A stretch of DNA of 43,577 bases, the filler included, from Catajapyx aquilonaris (Eukaryota): assembly GCA_000934665.2 (NCBI GenBank). It is 2 parts of 2 records of this genome, joined end to end, with 100 filler letters (N's around TTAATTAATTAA, not from the genome) between each part and the next. Parts side by side here need not be neighbours in the genome. Positions count along the whole stretch, not along the records: positions 21,836 to 43,577 come from KZ539452.1; 1 more part is not named here. The stretch is one strand, 5' to 3'. Shown piece after piece: positions 37,220 through 43,577 of the stretch (position 1 is the stretch's first letter; each line of letters opens with the position of its first letter). A program made the translations under genes and the position numbers. The notes under the pieces are model-generated. The model did no database searches, was not told where the DNA came from, and saw nothing but the letters and a program-made list of their open reading frames with translations.

Positions 37220-37933
37220 CTACATTTGAGAAGTTTGGCTTGGCTTGGCTTTACATTTTCGCACATGCCCATACATGGTAGACCTATGGTGGAACTTCAT
37301 ATTGCAATATTGGCAAGAATATGGGGTTTCTCCTGAGTGAATGGTCAAATGCTTAGTCAAGTTACCTTTCAGGCTAAAAATTTTATGGCACACATGACAA
37401 CTGAACCCCCACTCGCTTGTGTGGACCACTCTGTGAAGCTTCAGATTTTGAGGTAGGGCAAAAACCTCCCCACAAACGTCACATGGATGAACCTTTGACC
37501 CAAGATGAACAGCCTTCACATGATCAGAGTGAGCTCCTTTAGCAGTGAAGCTGGCCCCACACCATTCGCAGTCAAATTTTGATTTACTCCCACATGGATT
37601 ACCATGTTCTGAATGGACCAACTGCTGCGAATTATCTTTTTCAGCCCCTTTCTCCACTATTTTCTTCCCCTTTCTTCTTGCATTGGACACATCATTCTTG
37701 CTGGAATGGAGATTCTTTGACTGAGCAAGTCTTACAGGTGCCTTTCGTTTTGGGACAAAATTGCTGGGCTGTACTGGCTGAGATCCCTCCAGCACGTCCC
37801 AGTGTTCTTTGGCCTCTGATATATGAGACTTGACGCATTCATCCAGCGAAGATGAGATGTTGAAAGTCTTGAAGCAGATGCCACATTGGAAAAGGTCTTT
37901 TAATTGTGTCTGGGTCACGGGGTGTGAATCCCC
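37220..37933 (-). CDS. Unit 4 terminal exon, ZF protein (CCCH + 3 C2H2 + C2HC)
   Basis: Acceptor tactttcag|GGG GAT TCA. Open for 238 codons; linkers are diverged (LGSKVH, TSEWGF, SGETPY). Confidence 0.85.
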   Translation of the reverse strand, partial: GDSHPVTQTQLKDLFQCGICFKTFNISSSLDECVKSHISEAKEHWDVLEGSQPVQPSNFVPKRKAPVRLAQSKNLHSSKNDVSNARRKGKKIVEKGAEKDNSQQLVHSEHGNPCGSKSKFDCEWCGASFTAKGAHSDHVKAVHLGSKVHPCDVCGEVFALPQNLKLHRVVHTSEWGFSCHVCHKIFSLKGNLTKHLTIHSGETPYSCQYCNMKFHHRSTMYGHVRKCKAKPSQTSQM

Positions 37934-38061
37934 CTGAAAGTAAAGTACATCATTATTCTCTGAAAGTGCCTGGAAATTTATTATGCACCTTGTAAAAATT
38001 TTAAAATAACAGTAATATATCTGTATATACAGTGTGCTTCATAATTAAGGTAACATTCATA

Positions 38062-39000
38062 CAGGGTGAAGAGAAACTCGCGGACAATCGATAGGTAGGC
38101 TGATAGTACTCGTAAAACTAATATAGGGATGTGCAATTAGTTTTTGGCACCATCGCGTAGCTAATGTGTACAGCTCAGTCAAAGTTTCGTGACGTCACAT
38201 CCGTTCGCCAGCTTCTACAAAGCAAAAGTCAGTTCGAGGGCCTCCGGTCCTTTGCCTTGGTCCCCTAACATATCATCCATGTATACAATACGTGATCTAA
38301 TCCCATCAGAGTGAGAATCCGGGTGTGACTCGTGGGCACTTTGTCATTGGTTACCTCATATTCTACCATCTGACACTCTACACCAGGGATATTCAACTGC
38401 AATTTTGTCCTGACCGCGACAATATACAGGACAGTTTGAAATAGCATGATTAATTACTAATTCATGATTTTTTGGAAAAAGTGCTACCAATTTCATCAAA
38501 TACACACCAATTCAAATCTCCCACATCTCACCTAAGCTCCTCACCTCACCCCGAAAAAATTTCGCCTGCGGCGGGCTCGTTCCCCCTCCTTTACGGCTTG
38601 TTCACCTTTTGCTTACGAAATGGGCCCCCCTCCGAAATTCTTCTGCCTATGCACCTGTACAGGACATCATAAAGGGTGACATTGTCTTAATAATTATGCC
38701 CTGTCTTGATAGGCCCTCCTACCCTTGCTGCACATGTTTATATTTTCGAATAGGAACCCTGTGGTACCATATAAAATATATATACTTTTATCTGGGGGGG
38801 GGGGGTCCGGACCTTCAATGGCCCAGGGAAGGTAAATACTGGACCTTGTCAGAAACTAGTTGAATACCCCTGCTCTACACTTTAAAGGTGCCATACGCTT
38901 AACTATGCAATGGCGCCCAAAACTAATTGCACACCCCTATATTAGTTTTGCAAGTACTGTCAGTCTACGTGGGGACTGCCCGCGAAAATTCCTTCATTGG
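38062..39000. mobile_element. Tc1/mariner-type MITE in the unit 4 intron
   Basis: TA|CAGGGTGAAG start and imperfect TIRs of ~100 bp (38062-38160 vs 38900-39000). The empty site TAACATTCA-TA-GAG is visible in unit 5 at 42202-42215. Confidence 0.85.
38384..38872. mobile_element. hAT MITE nested in the mariner MITE
   Basis: TIRs CAGGGATATTCAACT / AGTTGAATACCCCTG with a perfect 8-bp TSD CTCTACAC at 38376-38383 and 38873-38880. Confidence 0.92.
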
Positions 39001-39236
39001 TATAGAGCTGAAAAATCTTCACCTCTGATATTATTACCAGCTTACATCATAATGTCCTCAGTTCTTGTCTACTATGTAACAAGTGTCCAGAGAAAAACAA
39101 AAAATGCAGCATACTTGAGTTCTGCAAAACTTATGAAGACCACCACAGTGCACCAGGAATCATTAACTTAAAAGTCAAATTAAGAGGGGCCTGATATAAA
39201 TTTACTGTAGGTCTATACTAGAAAAAATAAACCTAC

Positions 39237-39340
39237 CTCTACGTCTACAGATCTATTAGCTGCCAGCTGATCAAGATTTCCTCCAGGCATGTCAGAACCC
39301 TGAGGTGGATGCTGCTCTGGAGTAGCACAAGGATGTGGTT
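39237..39340 (-). CDS. Unit 4 linker exon (104 nt, three in-frame deletions)
   Basis: atttctgcag|AA CCA CAT CCT...GAC GTA GAG|gtaggt. Encodes EPHPCATPEQHPPQGSDMPGGNLDQLAANRSVDVE with phases preserved. Confidence 0.78.
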
Positions 39341-39486
39341 CTGCAGAAATGAAATCCTTCATATACACTACTCTCAAAAAGTAACACTTAATCTTACATT
39401 TTCAACATGTATTGTCACAAAATTATTCAACAGTAGTTCTGTGAGTACACGACCATTTGACAATGCAGAATCATTTTCTATAATAT

Positions 39487-40357
39487 TAGAGGGAATCAAT
39501 TGAAACCCGTTCATGCCTTCTGGAGAGGAAACTACTGGACGCGGAGACTTGAAACTTCTCCCACAGCATGATAGTACCAATACCTTACATGCCGAGGGAA
39601 GGGCTTGTGCACACGTATACCGCCACAGCCAATAAAAATGGCGTGCTCCCTGTCGAGCATGCCTGAGCGATATGAGTGCCTTGCTCTTCAATTTCCTATT
39701 ATCTTGCGATATTCCATGTGGTAATGGACAATGTGTACACTGTACCATAACTAAGGCTGACCATTGCATCCAAGTAATACAGATTCACCTGCGATCATCA
39801 CTTATCAGCTGGTCTACATGTGCAATGATGGCAGGCGTGATTTCGGACCTTGCCTGGCCTGGTTGGGTAAGGTCGGCCGTGGATTATCTGCCATCTTGGA
39901 ATCACCGTCACCATTCCGTGACATTTGTCTTTGCCAAGCAACTGGCACTGTACTATCAGTCCACCAAGAATTGTCGCAGCGGCAGCGCACGAACTACAGT
40001 TACGAGCACTTCCGGGGGGAGAAGTCAATGGAGAAGTGCTCGTAGACTGTAGTTCGTGCACTGCCGATGCGACAATTCTTGGTGGACTGATAGTACAATG
40101 GATCTTCAGATGGATTTCCGCAGTTCTATAGCCCTCTGCCACCAGAAATTGAAGAACAATGTGCTCATATAGCTTAGGGACGCTCAACAGGGTGCAAGGT
40201 GGCTTTGATTGGCTGCGGTGGCGTGATGCATCCCCAGACTGTTAACTGTGCATTTATAAGTATTGGTACTCTCTTGCTGTGGTAGAAGTTTCAAGTCTCT
40301 GTGTTCAGCAGTTTCCTCTCTAGAAGCCACAAACAGGTATCATTTGATTCACCCTCA
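39487..40357 (-). mobile_element. Internally deleted mariner with transposase N-terminal relic
   Basis: Imperfect TIRs of ~105 bp (39489-39592 vs 40250-40357). The minus strand encodes IVLQFLVAEGYRTAEIH, ITPAIIAHVDQLISDDRR and LSYGTV/HIVHYHMEYRK, as in the mariner HTH region. Confidence 0.85.
39953..40093. mobile_element. 141 bp fold-back MITE inserted in the mariner relic
   Basis: Near-perfect inverted arms of ~60 bp (CTATCAGTCCACCAAGAATTGTCGCA...), with TA on both flanks (39951-39952, 40094-40095). Confidence 0.82.
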
Positions 40358-41279
40358 TAATTGTACACATTACAACCAATTACAAACCACAAAACAGACA
40401 CCAGAAACTAGATCTTATTAATAAACCCTGTTTCATGTTCACTGTTCCATGAGGTGACAATTTCAGTAGGCCCCAAATAATTTTTTTGTCCCCACTTCCT
40501 ACATGACAGACACCCTTGCATGCTTCCAAAATGATGGGCACATGTAACCTAATATTATCAGCTAATACTCTGATAACCATCAAAAGTAATTGCTATCAAA
40601 TTAGCAGATTAGTGTAAAACAAATAGCCAAACCAGTTACACAAGTAAGTTGGATCACCATGCAATGGGTTAACAAATGCGAGACAGAAAGTGCGAGACGC
40701 GTTGAGATCTGCACAAGACAATACCACCTACCACACTGACTCCTTAGGATTGTGTGGAGACACACCTAAAAGGGCATCTCTGTACTTCTCAAGGTAGCAG
40801 AGTAATCGGTACATTCCAGGAACTTTTTGATCCCACTACTATGTATTTTAAAATGGACACCTATTAATTCACTTAGGAAGACAAAATAATGTTCCTAGTA
40901 TACCTGTCACCTAATTGAATCATTAGTCTCCAAGTACCATCTCAAATTAGTGTAATTCACACAATATATCTTGTTTTCTATATCATTAGGATCTCAAACA
41001 GCACAGCTGAACATAATAAAAACCAAAAATTCCTCACTTTACTATAATTCAAACAATGGCAGTATCTACTCAGCAGGAGCAGTACTTAAATTTGAGAGCA
41101 GTATAAAGTAATGGCAACACTAATGCCATGCATGGGACGAACACCAGGAAGTGTAGTCTTGTTAGATGATAATTAGCAGGTTTTGTGGCAATTGGATGGG
41201 TGCAGTTTCACAAGTTTTTCTACATTAACATACAAACACATGATGTTCATTGCCTTCAGGAAGAACAAGATTTCCAATT

Positions 41280-41699
41280 TGCATTCACACGAGCAGATTG
41301 AGAACTTTTATCTGTGAAGCTAGCACCACACAATTTGTAGTAAAATTTTTATTAACTCCCTCTTGGATTGACCTTACCATGTGCAGAATGGGACAACTGC
41401 TGTGAATTACCTTTCACTGCCTCTTTCTCCACTTTTATCTTCTTTTTTTCGGATGTTCCTTTGTCACTGGTGTGACGATGCTTTGGATGAGCAAGTCTTC
41501 CATGTATCTCTCTCTTTGGGGCAAAAGTGCTGGGGTGTACTGGCTGAGATTCCTCCATCACGTCCAGCTGTTCCTTGGCCACCACAGCATGAGATTTGAT
41601 GCATTCTTTCAGAGAAGATGGACTGTCGAAAGTCTTGTTACAGATGCCACAATGGAAATGTTTTTGCAAGGGTGTCTGTGTCACTGTGTGTGAATCTCT
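41280..41699 (-). pseudogene. Unit 5 terminal exon, pseudogenised
   Basis: Acceptor tactttcag|AGA GAT TCA. Two adjacent TAA stops at 41349-41354 and Cys to Tyr in the first array finger. Fingers 2-4 are deleted; the sequence jumps to the 3' block at ~41250. Confidence 0.85.
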
Positions 41700-41794
41700 C
41701 TGAAAGTAAAGTACATCATTATTCTTCAAAAGTGCATGAAAATTTATCTTGCACTTGCCAAAAAAAAAAAAAAACACATACACACACGACACTA

Positions 41795-42151
41795 TCTGTC
41801 TTCACTAAGGCGTGGGGACGTGAAAATTCAACATTTCGAAGCCACTGGAAACTAACCTAACCAAACCTAACCTACCCTACAACCCTACAACCCTACAAAT
41901 GGAAATAGTGGTGAAATAGTGGGGACATGTCCCCACTAATTTCGACATGTCCCCACTAATTTCGACATGTCCCCACTAATTTCGACATGTCCCCACTAAT
42001 TTCGACATGTCCCCACTGTTATAGTACACATCCCCCATGAAAACTCTGTGGGGACCGACAAATGTCCCCGCAATTCGAACTGTGGGGACAGACGTCACCA
42101 CAGCTACAGTAACAGCAAAAACGTCCGTCCCCAGACCTTATTGAAGACAGA
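41795..42151. mobile_element. TIR element flanked by (CA)n tracts
   Basis: 26-bp TIR with 23/26 matches (TCTGTCTTCA.TAAGG..TGGGGACG). Internal AACCT/ACCCTACA repeats. Absent from paralogous introns. Confidence 0.75.
41924..42017. repeat. 20-bp minisatellite, ~4.7 copies
   Basis: Perfect copies of GACATGTCCCCACTAATTTC, overlapping the 22-bp palindrome TAGTGGGGACATGTCCCCACTA (41917-41938). Confidence 0.95.
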
Positions 42152-42529
42152 AACACCCACACACAAACACACAGTGTAACTGTGTGTTTCATAATTTAAG
42201 TTAACATTCATAGAGTGAATATGTTGGTATTGCTCAGGTGTTAAGTTGGTATACCTCACCACACAGATTTTAGTTATGCGAAAGAGATGAACATGCACTT
42301 CCACTCAGCACATCCCATGTTCCCTTTCCCTACTTTGCCTCACCTCCCCTGCACCCCTCACCCCCTCAGGAGGGCAACAGGTATGTAACATTTCTGCTGA
42401 GAAACTACAGTGGAAACTTGATAAAATGATCCCACATATTATCCATTTCAGTATCTCTGTGCACAAGCTTGTAGAAGTAGAAGTTAATCCCATTACATAC
42501 TTTATATGCACATTGCACTTCCTTATACA

Positions 42530-43577
42530 GAGGGGTGGTTCCATTTCAGATCAGCCAGTGAGTGAAAAAAGGTGTCAGGTCATAGTCATCGATTTTTTTG
42601 AAGAAAAAAAAAAAATTACCATCAAGCGAGGTGCGGGGTTACTTAAGCCAATTTCAATTTCAGACATCAGCCAATTCAAGAGCAATGACTTTAGAGATTA
42701 ACTAATTGTTGTAAAACATGGGTCTACAGCTACGGTCGACGTATACATGGATGAAAGTTTCCTACAACATGTATGATAAAAACAAAAAAAAAAAAGAGGG
42801 GGTGTCTTAAGTTACCCACTGATATGGGGTAACTTAAGCCAGAAGGAAGAATTCAGTGTTTCGCTTATGTTAGTTAGACGATGACACGGTAACAAAGTCC
42901 GTTCACAGGGCGAAAATAAACATTTGCATATTGCTCCAGAAATTTATTATTCAAAATTTCAGTTCAATATAAGGGAAAGTATGGCGGCCTCTCTTTATGC
43001 TCACCGGCTGTACAGAACAAACAATATTTCTGATATGTGAACATACATTTCATCATCAACAATGCTCCCAACTAGGCAACTACTAGGGCTGTGCGATATC
43101 CGAAAAAATATCGAATCGAAGTCGATATATCAAAAAAATAAAAACCGACATCGAAAATCGACATCGCAAAATATCGCAAACCGACATCGAACCGACATCG
43201 AAAAATATCGAAAACCGCAAGGGGTGTCTCAATGGGAAAAATTGCGTACAAGATTATATAATCCCTCGAAATTATAGTGATTAATGGGATTAATCAAAGA
43301 TTTGCCTTAATCCCATGGGATTATAGGGATTACAGTGATTTCGGTGGGATTTTGCTGATTTGGGCGGATTAGCTATAAGATTTGGCCCCCCAACATGTCG
43401 CTTTGGAGCCCAATTTTGTCTCTGTTTGTAGGTTGTTTGCAACTATATTAGGGTGGTTCCATTTCAAATCAGGCGGAGGCTGTCAGGGCTTGGTCTCCGA
43501 TTATTACGGAAAAATTACACGAAGTACCGCTGTCGAAATGATGACGAATGACACTGGCTATTTTTCAGTGTCATTTT
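42530..43577. mobile_element. Cluster of nested DNA-transposon termini
   Basis: GGGTGGTTCCATTTCA.ATCAG at ~42533 and 43451. GGGGT.ACTTAAGCCA at ~42635 and ~42826. hAT-like TAGGGCTGTGCGATA at 43084 followed by ATCG-rich subterminal repeats to ~43220. Confidence 0.55.

Noticed and set aside
41924..42017. CRISPR-like repeat array
   Set aside because: The units are contiguous with no unique spacers, there are no cas genes, and the context is a eukaryotic TE.

Overview
AT-rich animal genomic DNA, probably an arthropod judging by the tRNA-SINE and mariner content; no prokaryotic features. The window is a C2H2 zinc-finger (ZF) cluster littered with transposon relics. In the right half (about 22-43 kb) there are five tandem minus-strand units. 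Units 1-4 each have a 143-nt (104 nt in unit 4) phase-1/phase-0 linker exon spliced to a terminal ZF exon of about 0.6-0.76 kb. Units 2-4 are intact, unit 1 has a premature stop before its last finger, and unit 5 is a pseudo-exon whose linker exon is not in the window. I found no start exon or promoter in any unit, and the spacers read as fossil ZF sequence. This suggests the units are alternative 3' cassettes of one gene whose constant 5' part lies outside the window, as in lola or mod(mdg4); this is an inference. The left half (about 0.8-19.8 kb) is a patchwork of older, heavily decayed ZF duplicates on both strands. Mobile elements include a tRNA-SINE with a 16-bp TSD, mariner relics, hAT and Harbinger MITEs (several nested), a Kolobok-type transposase fragment and a Gypsy tail. 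There is also an orphan coiled-coil/Cys ORF and two assembly gaps. All alignments were done by eye.
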